64,000 nt of DNA from Gemmataceae bacterium (GTDB lineage: Bacteria; Planctomycetota; Planctomycetia; Gemmatales; Gemmataceae): the NCBI GenBank assembly GCA_036557565.1, contig DATBHJ010000114.1, positions 1,174 to 65,173 of the forward strand, written 5' to 3'. Position 1 is the stretch's first letter. The number at the start of each line of letters is the position of its first letter. Shown piece after piece: positions 29,710 through 39,626 of this stretch. A program made the position numbers and the translations under genes. The notes under the pieces are model-generated. The model did not search any database. It was given only the letters and a program-made list of their open reading frames with translations, and had not been told where the DNA came from.

Positions 29710-30704
29710 TATCGGAACAATCCTGGCCCTCGCTCCCCGATGCCGCCCGCGGGGTCGAGAAAGCCTTGGCGGATGAGGTTCGTTAGCCCTTCCCAGTAGA
29801 AGTAAGGGCGATAAAAACCTGGATAGTGCTTGGCTACCAACGGCCGGCCATCGGCAGTCGCAAGTCCGGGTTCCATGCTGACAAGGTAGGTATCAGGCAG
29901 ATGCTTGCCTCCGACCTTGCTAGCGCACAGCGCCTGGAGGGTCTGCTCTGTCAGCCAAGGATCGGCCAGTATGTCCGGATCGGCCAGGAACTCCTCCAGC
30001 ATCGCCAAGGGCAGCGATTCACGGCGCACTAATCCTAAGCCGGCGTTGATCTTCTCGATCAGAGTGATACCATAACGCTTCTTGGCTGCCTGCGGCGAGA
30101 CCGTGTACCAATTCTTACCGTCGCGGTTGAAAAGATTGACCGGTGTACGCGCAGCAACAGCCGACAGGATCTCCTCGGGCCGGTCAAAGAAGAGGATGTC
30201 GGAGTCCAACTGCAAGAGTCTCTCGGCGCGAGACAGCACTAGGCAATCGATCATCTTCAATAGCATAAAGCTGCGGCGGCGGGCCTCAAGGCAACGGAGG
30301 AATCCACCCCGCTTCAGCTCTCCTTCAACGAGATTGTCGGCTTCGTCTTGAGTTAGAACAAGGCTCTGAGGGAAATGCCGTCCCAACTCGGCGCGAGCGG
30401 CGTGTCTGAGTGATCCGCCTTCGTGCCACACGAGCGGCCAGTCAATGCCGGCGAAGTGGTAGAAGCTTTTCGCGGCCCAGAGGGCCATCCGCCAGTCACC
30501 GTCCCAGGTAAGGATGTGGACTTCGCAGGCCCCTGGTTTTTCCGAAACAGGCTGAGTATGGATGGGCCGCGTCTGGAGAATCCGCCGGAGTATCCTCCAG
30601 CGCTGGAAGCTCTCCAAAAAGCCGATGGTCTGGAGTCTCCGCATGGAAACCCAGCTCGGAGAATGTCGCAGCCACATACGCAGAGTATGAACGAACTTTT
30701 TCAT
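29709..30704 (-). CDS. hypothetical protein, possibly a GT-A-like transferase (DSD motif)
   Basis: 331-aa soluble ORF carrying LLQLDSDILFFDRPEE. No family assigned with confidence. I prefer ATG 30704 (MKKFVHTL) because the track start overlaps the FkbM gene. Confidence 0.5.
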   Translation of the reverse strand: MKKFVHTLRMWLRHSPSWVSMRRLQTIGFLESFQRWRILRRILQTRPIHTQPVSEKPGACEVHILTWDGDWRMALWAAKSFYHFAGIDWPLVWHEGGSLRHAARAELGRHFPQSLVLTQDEADNLVEGELKRGGFLRCLEARRRSFMLLKMIDCLVLSRAERLLQLDSDILFFDRPEEILSAVAARTPVNLFNRDGKNWYTVSPQAAKKRYGITLIEKINAGLGLVRRESLPLAMLEEFLADPDILADPWLTEQTLQALCASKVGGKHLPDTYLVSMEPGLATADGRPLVAKHYPGFYRPYFYWEGLTNLIRQGFLDPAGGIGERGPGLFR

Positions 30705-30747
30705 TCCAGCACGAACAAACTGACTCGCTCTGCCGGCGCCAAGTCTT

Positions 30748-31581
30748 TCAAGAGATCGGTTCCAGCAGCACATGCCCAAGAGTGGACAGTGAGTCCGCTT
30801 GTCCTTCCATGGCTGCTAAGCGATAGCCCGTTTCAGCGGCAATGGAAGCGATCTCTTCCCCGCCAACGCCGATCGCCGGCCAGTTCATCGGATGCACCTC
30901 CACCACGACAATAGGGCGATGGCGGAGCATGGTCTCGCGGGCGCCGCGCAGCGCATGGATTTCAAATCCCTCGATGTCCACTTTTATCAAGGTGGGCGCG
31001 ATGGCGTGCTCGGCACAAAACGTATCGATCGTTGTCAGCGGGACTTCCACTGCTCTAAATCCGGTAAAGTGCGGGTGCTTAGTGCATAGACTGCACAGAG
31101 TATTCTCAGTCGAATGATGGTTAGTGTACAGGGTTGCCGGCCCTGTCCGATCGCTGACGGCTAAGGGCAGCGCCGTCACTCGCTCCTTCACCCCGTTAAG
31201 GGTCAAATGCTCTTGCAGAGGGTGCAAAGTCTGCGGGTCCGGTTCGAAGGCATAGACGTGTCCCTCGGGACCTGCCCAGCGCGCCAAGAGGATGGTAAAC
31301 ACTCCAACGTTGGCCCCTACATCGAGGATAACTGCCCCGGGGCGGATCGCACGCTTCAAGTAATCGAAGACGGCAGGCTCATAAGTTTCGGCTATTTGGC
31401 GGCGGGATGGGAGGACGCGGATGGCTTCTTGGCCATTGATCAAGCGAGGGAGGCCCCTGCGACCGTAGAGAAGTTTCAACAAGAGCGAGTAGACGGGCCG
31501 CAGCACTGCTACCACGCGAGAATCCTTGCCGAGTTGAAATTTGTTCCGGGCATAGCGGACGAATCTCTCCACACTTTTCAT
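30748..31581 (-). CDS. FkbM-family methyltransferase
   Basis: ILDVGANVGVFTILLARWAGPEGHVYAFEPDPQT and LIKVDIEGFEIHALRGA. ATG 31581 is preceded by a strong AAGGAGGG SD. Confidence 0.9.
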   Translation of the reverse strand: MKSVERFVRYARNKFQLGKDSRVVAVLRPVYSLLLKLLYGRRGLPRLINGQEAIRVLPSRRQIAETYEPAVFDYLKRAIRPGAVILDVGANVGVFTILLARWAGPEGHVYAFEPDPQTLHPLQEHLTLNGVKERVTALPLAVSDRTGPATLYTNHHSTENTLCSLCTKHPHFTGFRAVEVPLTTIDTFCAEHAIAPTLIKVDIEGFEIHALRGARETMLRHRPIVVVEVHPMNWPAIGVGGEEIASIAAETGYRLAAMEGQADSLSTLGHVLLEPIS

Positions 31582-31721
31582 AGGAGAACCCTCCTTAACT
31601 CGACAGTTGAAATCCGCTCCGGGCTTAGCGGATGAAATTCTCCCTCGCTGACTTTGCCCGTCTAGGTGAGGATGTTTACCCGTGAACATGGCCCAGCGTC
31701 CCGGCACAACGGTGTCCACGC

Positions 31722-32951
31722 TCATTTGCGCGCCATTCGCAGGATACCGATGTAGAAGCTCGACAGAATTGTCTGAAAGCCGATTACGACCGACGTTACG
31801 CCAGGTATGACGAGGCGCATTGTGTGCGCATAATTAAGGTTCCCGAAGTGGGCTAGTCGCCACATGTTCACTGCCACTATGATCAGGACACCACCCGCCA
31901 CCGTCAACATGAACCCCGTTAGCAACCCGCGCTCCAGGCGGAAGATGTGGTAAAACCGCTCCATCGCTGAGTCCGTGGGCAACAGCCCCTCGTTGATTGC
32001 AAACGTTTTGGCGAATATTGCGAACTGTACACACTGGTAGCCGAGAATCAGCGCCAGGCTGGCGATAAGCAGCGTATGCGCGTCAAGCATGGCTCCAAAC
32101 ACCGTGAGGCCGGGCATCGCCACCAGATAGCCGAGTAGCCCCAACCCGATCAGTCCGAGTCCCGGCAGCAGAAACAGCCATTTTGGGCTGAAGCACATGA
32201 AGAAGCGCAGCGTCCGCCAGCCATCGCGGAACGTGCGCAAATGGGAGCGCTGGGTTTTGCGGCCGTCTGGGTGCAGGGTGATCGGCACCTCGGCGATCTT
32301 CTCCTGGAAGAGGCTGGCCTTGATAATCATTTCCGTAGCGAATTCCATGCCGGTACAGCGCATGTCGAGTCGTTGGTACAGGCTCTTGGTGAAGCCGCGC
32401 ATACCACAATAAATGTCATGGACTGGCGCTCCGAAGAAGATCCGAGCCAATCGTGAGAAGAAAGGATTACCAATCCAGCGGTGCGTGAACTTCATCGCAC
32501 CTGGAAGTACCCGGCCGCCTCCCGAGGGAAGTCTGCAGCCCTGGACAAGATCGTAGCCGGAGCGGAGTGCTGCGAGAAAGCGTGGAATTTCCAGAAAATC
32601 ATAGGAGTCATCGGCGTCCCCCATGATGATGTACCGGCCGCGGGCCACACCGATTCCACCCATCAGGGCGTTGCCATAGCCCTTTGGTGTGACGTCTACT
32701 ACGCGGGCGCCCACCTCCTCAGCGATGCTGACCGAGCCATCGGTACTGCCGTTGTCGCCGACGACTACCTCGCCATGGATCTCGTGTTCCTTTAGGGCCC
32801 GTAGAGCCTTCGTGATACAATTACCGAGTGTCTCGGCCTCATTTAAGCAGGGGATGACAACGGTCAATTCGCAGTCGGTCTCAGCGGCCGGTGTGACTAC
32901 GCTCGTAGGAGTCAGCGAATCGGCTACGTCAGCCATTCTGGTGGAACTCAT
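31722..32951 (-). CDS. glycosyltransferase family 2, polyprenyl-phosphate sugar synthase type (GtrB/ArnC-like) with C-terminal TM helices
   Basis: VVIPCLNEAETL, VVGDNGSTDGS, IIMGDADDSYD (DxD), then about 4 TM segments. ATG 32951 has a GGAGAC SD; the track start is a TTG. Confidence 0.88.
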   Translation of the reverse strand: MSSTRMADVADSLTPTSVVTPAAETDCELTVVIPCLNEAETLGNCITKALRALKEHEIHGEVVVGDNGSTDGSVSIAEEVGARVVDVTPKGYGNALMGGIGVARGRYIIMGDADDSYDFLEIPRFLAALRSGYDLVQGCRLPSGGGRVLPGAMKFTHRWIGNPFFSRLARIFFGAPVHDIYCGMRGFTKSLYQRLDMRCTGMEFATEMIIKASLFQEKIAEVPITLHPDGRKTQRSHLRTFRDGWRTLRFFMCFSPKWLFLLPGLGLIGLGLLGYLVAMPGLTVFGAMLDAHTLLIASLALILGYQCVQFAIFAKTFAINEGLLPTDSAMERFYHIFRLERGLLTGFMLTVAGGVLIIVAVNMWRLAHFGNLNYAHTMRLVIPGVTSVVIGFQTILSSFYIGILRMARK

Positions 32952-33003
32952 CAGATAGTCTCCATGCAATCAATAAGCCAAACGTCTGAGGTAAATGAGT
33001 GGT

Positions 33004-34482
33004 TCATCTGGTGGCTGGGGCCTGGCGGTCGAAACGGCGGGCCAGGAGTAGAGCGTGCACGTGCGGCCGCCAACGTGCCATGCCCACGGCGACCAGGGAA
33101 CCCACGATGCAGACCCAGGCCGGATCGGCGGGCAAGCGGTAGCGCATTCCCGCCCCGGAAATAGATTGCAGTGCCTGCCAATAGGATACGAACAGCAGCC
33201 AGGGCAGCATGCGCCACCACAACCGTCGTTTCGCCCAGTATAGGCCCATGGGTATCAGGACCAGCATAGGCCCCTTGATGTACCAAGCCATCACATTCGC
33301 CAGCGGCGAAGCAGCCGTGATCGCCACCGGCAAGAGAGCCATCCAGAAGCGTATCCACGTCAGACCCAAGAACTTGTGCGGCTGTTCGCGCAGAAACTGG
33401 TAGAACAGTTCCAGGCAGCGGTCGTCGCGCGCCACCTCATCATGCAGGCTTACCATCTCCTCACCGTAAAGGTCCACCGGTGGTGTGCCACCGACGGCAC
33501 GCGGGCCGAACTCAACGACCAAGCCGGAGTGGTTGAACACGTAGGCCGCCCCTCCCTTTTTCGTCGAAAACGGAATGAAGCGGTGGTAGTGGAGGTAATT
33601 GCGAACCGTCCATGGCGCACAAACGGTTGCGAACACGAGGAAGTAGACTAGTGGTCGCGCTAATCGGGTCGGCCACCAGTCCCGGTTGCGCACTTCCAGC
33701 AGTAACAGCGCCATAAGGACGACATTGAAATAAACGAACGTCGAGCGCGTCTCGCACAGGACACCCATGACCAAGCCGAGTAGCACTACCCGCAACCAGT
33801 GCCGGCCTGGCGCATAGCCGAGCGCGCCACGATGCGCCAGGAGCCAGAAGAACACGACGGCCAAGGGAATCACGAGGGCTTCACTCATCAAGGCGACGCT
33901 TGACCAGATAAGCATCGGGTGGAACGTGTAGTAGGCTGCGGCCACTGCCCCACCTACTGGACCGACGAGCCGCCTGACGGTCTGAAAAATCAGAGCGGCC
34001 GCCAGCGCGTGCATGGCGATCTGAATCAAATATACCGGGAGTTGCTGCCCGGAGCCAAAGATGCCATAGACAATGCCCACGAACAATGGATAACCACAGC
34101 CAGCATACAGGGCCGGTTTGCCCGGTTCGGTGATCTGCCACTGGCGGTCCAGGACGAAGCCGCGCCCAGCTACAATGTTTTGCCCCATTTCATGGTAACA
34201 AATCTCGTCTTCCGCCAGCGCTCGGTAGAGCACCCGGTGTTGCAGGAACTCTACCAGCCCCGAGACGTGGCCGACCCGCTCCATCCAAGGCGTGCCAACC
34301 TTGGGGTTGATCGCGGCCGTCGCGCCGGTGTAGGGCAGACTCACAAGCATCCCCAGACGCACAAGGGCAGCCAGTACAACCCAGACGCCGGGGCGCAACA
34401 GCGGTCGAACCATGTTCCGTGCGACCCACGTCTCGTGCGGCAGCGGTGTGGCGAGGGAACTCATGAAAATCTCTTGACTCAT
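33004..34482 (-). CDS. GT-C fold glycosyltransferase (ArnT/PMT_2, GT39/83-like)
   Basis: Polytopic membrane protein (10 or more TM). The first periplasmic loop motif is ALAEDEICYHEMGQNIVAGRGF. It lies directly upstream of the GT2 gene. Confidence 0.75.
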   Translation of the reverse strand: MSQEIFMSSLATPLPHETWVARNMVRPLLRPGVWVVLAALVRLGMLVSLPYTGATAAINPKVGTPWMERVGHVSGLVEFLQHRVLYRALAEDEICYHEMGQNIVAGRGFVLDRQWQITEPGKPALYAGCGYPLFVGIVYGIFGSGQQLPVYLIQIAMHALAAALIFQTVRRLVGPVGGAVAAAYYTFHPMLIWSSVALMSEALVIPLAVVFFWLLAHRGALGYAPGRHWLRVVLLGLVMGVLCETRSTFVYFNVVLMALLLLEVRNRDWWPTRLARPLVYFLVFATVCAPWTVRNYLHYHRFIPFSTKKGGAAYVFNHSGLVVEFGPRAVGGTPPVDLYGEEMVSLHDEVARDDRCLELFYQFLREQPHKFLGLTWIRFWMALLPVAITAASPLANVMAWYIKGPMLVLIPMGLYWAKRRLWWRMLPWLLFVSYWQALQSISGAGMRYRLPADPAWVCIVGSLVAVGMARWRPHVHALLLARRFDRQAPATR

Positions 34483-34517
34483 TGTGCCTCAGAGTGGCCG
34501 GTCTGCTCAGATGGGCT

Positions 34518-34715
34518 TTACCACCCAGCGGACAGAATAGTCAATCTGATGCACCAACATGGGAAGTCTAGACGGGCGATGAGTTCGTCTTCCGTCCGGC
34601 GGCAATCTTGGAAGTGGCCGTAACCGTCGAGGATTATGACGCCTCCCTTGACAACAAAGTGTTCATGCCGTCTTACCTTGTTGCCGGACCAAGATCTCCT
34701 CGTAGCAACGCTCAA
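34518..34715 (-). pseudogene. 3' remnant of a TylF-type methyltransferase
   Basis: VVKGGVIILDGYGHFQDCRRTEDELIARLDFP aligns by eye (~45% identity) with VIPGGVVVIDDYGCWEGCRKAVDEFLAHSSFP of the intact TylF gene at 26818..27678. Only about 44 homologous codons remain (34518-34649), in the GT4/GT-C intergenic space. Confidence 0.65.
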
Positions 34716-35859
34716 CTCTATCCAGGGCTACTTGTGGGCTACAGCACGCTTGCAGAAGCTGACGCGCCGCGACACGCTGGCGCTCCTGTCGCGCGCAATC
34801 CCCTAGCAAATCGATTGTATGCGCAATCAACCCAGCATCATCATTGCATACATCGGCATGGACGCCATCTTGCACCGGCAATCCTTCGACACCGTCATGT
34901 GTGGTCACCACTGGCACACCGTAGGCGAATGCTTCCAGCACCTTGACCTTCATTCCACTTGCTGCTCCGTCGGGGGCATAAACTAGTACGCTGGCACGCT
35001 CGAAGTAGGACTGGGTGCTCGGTACATTCTCCACCACCTCGACCCCCGCCTGCGGGAGATACGCTCGCAGCGCCTGCTGGGCGTTCCAGCCTACCAGCTG
35101 CAACCGAGTGTCGGAAGACCGTTCACGAATCTCTGGCCACAAACGGGTTAGCAGACGCACCGCCGCAGAATAAGTCGGGAGCCAATCAAAAGAGCCAATC
35201 AGACTGATCATCTTTGCTTTCGGCCGCAGTTGCGCTGGGATGAAGGGATAGAGGCTCAAGTCCATCGCCAGTGGCACGATATGGACAGGCACCCCAGGAG
35301 CGATGGCATTGACCGATTTTTGTAGACGGGTCGAAAGAGTCATCAATGTGCCAACGTTACGTAACAAGCGGCGTTCGGCACGACGGCGCAGCAGACGATG
35401 GATCCAGTCGCTCCAGTTAAGCGGGGGGTGGTTCGCCTGATCAATGTCGTATAGGCTATGGAAGTTCAATACCGTCCGCGCCAAATCCAAGCCCTGCCCC
35501 ATCCAGCCACTCCATATACTTTCGAGGTGCAAGATGTCGAATCCTTCTGCCAGCGTCGCTTTCAGACTGCTGCGCAAGTCCAGCCCAAACATGTAAGAAT
35601 AAGGCCGGTGGAAGATTTCCCACTTCGCCCGTAGACCAGACCTCTTCGGCAACGGATAGCAGCGCAGGTCAGACTTCGGCGAGGGGAACAGCGCCCGAGC
35701 CTGGTCCATCTCGGCCGGTTTGCTGCACACCGCGAAGGCCGTTACCCGGTGGCCGCGCTCGACTAATCCCCTGAGCAGGACGTAGTACCACCGAGACACC
35801 GCATGGCTGAAAGGCAGAGGCGGCTCGATCATCACCAACACGATACGCAGGGACTGCAT
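34663..35859 (-). CDS. glycosyltransferase family 4
   Basis: MQSLRIVLVMIEPPLPF... and C-terminal ...SGMKVKVLEAFAYGVPVVTTHDGVEG. Confidence 0.85.
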   Translation of the reverse strand: MQSLRIVLVMIEPPLPFSHAVSRWYYVLLRGLVERGHRVTAFAVCSKPAEMDQARALFPSPKSDLRCYPLPKRSGLRAKWEIFHRPYSYMFGLDLRSSLKATLAEGFDILHLESIWSGWMGQGLDLARTVLNFHSLYDIDQANHPPLNWSDWIHRLLRRRAERRLLRNVGTLMTLSTRLQKSVNAIAPGVPVHIVPLAMDLSLYPFIPAQLRPKAKMISLIGSFDWLPTYSAAVRLLTRLWPEIRERSSDTRLQLVGWNAQQALRAYLPQAGVEVVENVPSTQSYFERASVLVYAPDGAASGMKVKVLEAFAYGVPVVTTHDGVEGLPVQDGVHADVCNDDAGLIAHTIDLLGDCARQERQRVAARQLLQACCSPQVALDRVERCYEEILVRQQGKTA

Positions 35860-35971
35860 TCTTGTCCTCATTTTGCTTCCGTCCAGTTCACAACGAGTGA
35901 ACCAATTCATCCCATTTCTTTGATGTCACCACTCACGATCACCCAGGTCATCGCCACTTGCTACTTCACCT

Positions 35972-36841
35972 CTACTTGTTCGTCCTTACGTTCACAAAAC
36001 AATCCATGTTCTCCGGCCAGACAGTGCCGTTTCGGATGAAGCGGAACCCGCACTTTTCGATGTTCGTGATCAATCGCCTATATTCAACAATATCGGGGTG
36101 AAACTCGATGATCAGGGCATCGATGGTCCCCAGCCAGCTCAGGTCTCCCGTGAATAACTCCTGTTCTCCCCCTTCGATATCGACTTTGAGCAAATTCACT
36201 CGCTCCGCCGGTGTCAACATATCGAGGATGGTATTCATCGAGTAAACCTGCACGGGATAGCCGGTCTCCCCTCGCCCTAGTCCCCCCTGGTTGGAATTCA
36301 CATGAGGGCTAAACAACCCAGTACGATCGTTCGCGCCGACGGCCGCCTGGATTACCTTCCCGGGCACATCGTTGACCTTGAAATTCTCTCGAGCCAGTGT
36401 CACGTTGCTAGGATTGGGTTCGATGGCCAATACCTTCCGGAATTGATAACGCTTGTTGAACCAGAGGCTGGTGAGCCCGATGTTCGCCCCTAAATCTACA
36501 AGAGTGCCGGGAACCACGTCGAAGGGCAGTCGGTAACACTCGCGAATCCAGACCTCGGTGAGCGAAAAAAGATCTCCTTGGTTTTGCCGACAGGCGACCG
36601 TGATGCCGGGCCGAAGCCGTGTACACAGAACATTCCGATTATCCGCCGCCAGGCCAAGGCGTGGGGCCAGTCGAAGTCGAGTGAGCATCCCCACCAGCCT
36701 CAGGAACGGACCGGTTCCATCTGCGATGCGAAAAGCGGCCCGGCAATCCGCTATCCACCGAGCCAACGATTTCAATATTCGATTCCGCGCCATTCCGTGT
36801 TCATCTGCCGAGTTATTCGGTAACGGCCCTCTGTGCGGCAC
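35972..36841 (-). CDS. FkbM-family methyltransferase
   Basis: LVDLGANIGLTSLWFNKRYQFRKVLAIEPNPSN and LLKVDIEGGEQELF. The start could instead be ATG 36793. Confidence 0.88.
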   Translation of the reverse strand: MPHRGPLPNNSADEHGMARNRILKSLARWIADCRAAFRIADGTGPFLRLVGMLTRLRLAPRLGLAADNRNVLCTRLRPGITVACRQNQGDLFSLTEVWIRECYRLPFDVVPGTLVDLGANIGLTSLWFNKRYQFRKVLAIEPNPSNVTLARENFKVNDVPGKVIQAAVGANDRTGLFSPHVNSNQGGLGRGETGYPVQVYSMNTILDMLTPAERVNLLKVDIEGGEQELFTGDLSWLGTIDALIIEFHPDIVEYRRLITNIEKCGFRFIRNGTVWPENMDCFVNVRTNK

Positions 36842-36930
36842 AGAGTCCTCACAGCAACCGCAAGTCGTTGCCGGCTCAGCATTTCGTAGTCCAGCCGGCC
36901 GCCTCTGCCGCGTAGAGGATCCCTACCGCC

Positions 36931-38079
36931 TCATCCCGTCTCTTTGATGATACTTACCATTTGCGCCGCCATGTCGCTCCAGGTGCGCTGGCGCAACATT
37001 GCCCCGAAGCAGCTTGCACGTGCCCGGTAAGCGGGCATCTCTTGACGCCAGCGGCGCAGGCAATGAGCCAGCGTGCCGGCATCGGGCGGATCGGGGAGGA
37101 GGCAATCGGCCATCTCGGCAGGGAACCGTTCGGCAATGCCAGCGCTTCGGGTCACGAAAGCCGGCAGTCCACAGCAGAGGGCTTCTTGCACGGCCAGACC
37201 ATAGGCGTCGTAAAAAGTTGGACTGACCAACACGTCCGCGGCCGCCAGCAGGTCCGGGACTTGGGTCGTGAACCCTCTCATGTAAATCCGCTCACTCAAG
37301 CCGGCCGCACTGGCTCGCTGCTGCCACAGCTTCACCTCGGCCCCCGCGCCGGCCACGACGAGATCCACGTCCCAACGGGAATCGCGACAGAGCTGATTCC
37401 AGGCGGCAAACAATACGTCAAAACCCTTGTTGCGATCACGGCCCAGGGCGCCGGTGAAAACGGCAAGCGGGCGATTCGCTGGCCGGCCGAGTCGGTAGCG
37501 GGCGGCAGCGCGCTCGGCGTCGCTGAAAAGGCGAAAGACGTTTGCATCGACGCCCAGGTACACGACGTGAACCCGCTCGGCGGGGACGCCGATTTTCTCG
37601 ATGATCTGTTGCCGAGTCCGCTCCGAATTAGCGACAATCACCAGTGCCTCCTGCAAAGCTAGCTTCTCCGCGCGGCGTGCCCGATATTTCAGCCAGCGAT
37701 TACGCAACCGGAATAAAGCGGAGGCATGGGTATTGCGGTTTTCCCAAACGGCGTGGACCGCATGGACCCAATTGACGTCCGGCCAACGACAGTTGCCGCC
37801 GTTGACGATGACCCGCGCATCCTGTCGAGAAAGACAGCGGGCCACGCGCCGCCCTGCCAACGCGAGCAGAGGGGCTGAAAGAGTGTAGCTGTTCAGCGGC
37901 TTGGGCACGCGATGCCAGCTGACGCGCGGATGTTCGACCAATGGAGGAACAACGCGATGGCTGACCAGATGCACCGAAGTGCATACGCGCTCGGCCAAGT
38001 GCCAGGCCAACTCGTAATTGGCTCGATCCATCCCTCCCCAGGGCGTGAAGTCGCCGCTAACCAAGACGTAGACACTCAT
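36931..38079 (-). CDS. glycosyltransferase family 4
   Basis: MSVYVLVSGDFTPWGGMDRANYEL... and C-terminal SPTFYDAYGLAVQEALCCGLPAFVTRSAGIAE. The start overlaps the upstream stop (ATGA at 38076-38079). Confidence 0.85.
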   Translation of the reverse strand: MSVYVLVSGDFTPWGGMDRANYELAWHLAERVCTSVHLVSHRVVPPLVEHPRVSWHRVPKPLNSYTLSAPLLALAGRRVARCLSRQDARVIVNGGNCRWPDVNWVHAVHAVWENRNTHASALFRLRNRWLKYRARRAEKLALQEALVIVANSERTRQQIIEKIGVPAERVHVVYLGVDANVFRLFSDAERAAARYRLGRPANRPLAVFTGALGRDRNKGFDVLFAAWNQLCRDSRWDVDLVVAGAGAEVKLWQQRASAAGLSERIYMRGFTTQVPDLLAAADVLVSPTFYDAYGLAVQEALCCGLPAFVTRSAGIAERFPAEMADCLLPDPPDAGTLAHCLRRWRQEMPAYRARASCFGAMLRQRTWSDMAAQMVSIIKETG

Positions 38080-39503
38080 CCCGCCACCGAATAAGAGCGC
38101 TTCCCAGGACACCGCAGGGACTCTTGAGACGCCGTCACGGCGCCATGGAGGGCGCCTGCCATGAACCAATACTGCAATCCCACCTGCGTTGTGAACAGCG
38201 TGGAGCCAAAGATTAAGAACGTCGCCCCCGCATTGAGGGTGAAGATGATGACTATCCAGGATGAGAATGAAGAGGAGACAGCAGAGGTCATAAGCTGGAA
38301 TTCATGTACGGAGTTCACCAAAAGGGCCAGCAAGTAGAGTACGAGTAGGACAACACCGCCGTCCAGGATCCAAGCAGAGAACTGCAACTCTGCCCAGATC
38401 GCAGGAGAATCGGTGTTATTCAAATCGCCGAAGTAAAAGCGCATCATCCCCCAGCGTCCCAGTCCAGCGCCAAGTGGGTAATCGAACAAAAGAGAGGTCA
38501 GGGCATATTCAAGCTGATTTCCGCGCTGAGCCTTGTAATATACCTCCGTTGGATTGTCCTCGATAAGTGTGGCGAACCGCTCCTTGGTCGCCTCGCCTCC
38601 CAGAGACAAAGCCGCGGCGAAGAGTATGATACTTAAAGCCCCTATCATGCATAAGAAGCGGATCGCTCTTGAGAGTTGATTCAGCCAGATCTGCACAATA
38701 AAGAACACAGCCATACAAAAGAGGACAATCACCAGCATCGTCCGCACATGGCTGAGGAAAATGGCCACCACGCTCACGCTGCCGAATATCAGCCCGCAGA
38801 CCTTCTTCCACAATTCGACTCGAGAAGCACAAAGCGTTAATCCCAAGACCGCGGCTGCCGAGGCCGGGACGCATACGCCCCCTGGGTTGTCCGATAGGCC
38901 CATCGGCCGAAAGACCTTTGTCCCATCCCCCCGGTCGAAGCGGAGACCGTTTATCCGATCCTGGTGGGCATCGGTGACGATGGCGGACAGCTCCTGCGGC
39001 ATGAAGCGGTCTGGGTCGTATACCTGAAGTACGCCGACGACGGAGTTGATGCCATTGATCACCAGCAGGATCATGACTAACGTGGACAACTGCTGTGGAC
39101 CACGAATCATCCGCGGAACCCAGAACAGCGGTGCCAGTACCGACGTATAGAGCATCACTTGGGCGAGGCCAGCCAGCAATGAGTTGGTGGTGGGGTGCAG
39201 AATCATCAGCGTCAGGTAGGCAACCACCAGCGCCAACCAGCGGCAAGCGGGATGGGCGGAGATGCTCCTGCTATCTCTGACGAACCACCATGCCAGCGCC
39301 GCTAGACTGCCGGCATAGGCAGACACCCGGATGGGAACGCGCACGGATTGAGTGCCCGGAAGATACAACAGCATCGGCAACACAACTTGGCTGATGAGGA
39401 ACCATTCGAGGAAGCCCCACCTCTGGCCTGTTGCAGCGCCCTTGTGACGTACTTCTTGGGCAGTGCCATTTGATTGAACAGAAACAATCCGGCTGGTTAC
39501 CAA
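38076..39503 (-). CDS. Wzy-type O-antigen/EPS polymerase-like polytopic membrane protein
   Basis: 475-aa ORF with 10 or more hydrophobic segments and one large loop, sitting in a polysaccharide locus. The only in-frame start near the 5' end is TTG 39503, so the start is uncertain. Confidence 0.7.
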   Translation of the reverse strand: MVTSRIVSVQSNGTAQEVRHKGAATGQRWGFLEWFLISQVVLPMLLYLPGTQSVRVPIRVSAYAGSLAALAWWFVRDSRSISAHPACRWLALVVAYLTLMILHPTTNSLLAGLAQVMLYTSVLAPLFWVPRMIRGPQQLSTLVMILLVINGINSVVGVLQVYDPDRFMPQELSAIVTDAHQDRINGLRFDRGDGTKVFRPMGLSDNPGGVCVPASAAAVLGLTLCASRVELWKKVCGLIFGSVSVVAIFLSHVRTMLVIVLFCMAVFFIVQIWLNQLSRAIRFLCMIGALSIILFAAALSLGGEATKERFATLIEDNPTEVYYKAQRGNQLEYALTSLLFDYPLGAGLGRWGMMRFYFGDLNNTDSPAIWAELQFSAWILDGGVVLLVLYLLALLVNSVHEFQLMTSAVSSSFSSWIVIIFTLNAGATFLIFGSTLFTTQVGLQYWFMAGALHGAVTASQESLRCPGKRSYSVAG

Positions 39504-39626
39504 GACGCCATCCTATGTTCGGTCCACTCTAACGTAGAGAGAAAGCGTAGCCAACATCATAACTGGCCCGTTTCCTCCACCCCGATTCAATTATCTCTTC
39601 CGTCTAGTACACACAAGGATCAGTCC

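Noticed and set aside
36961-37662. 233-aa plus-strand ORF, and similar long antisense ORFs at 39474..40268, 44197..44970 and 38509..39246
   Set aside because: All lie opposite to, or out of frame with, glycosyltransferase, Wzy or DUF218 genes that show clear family motifs. They are high-GC shadow ORFs.
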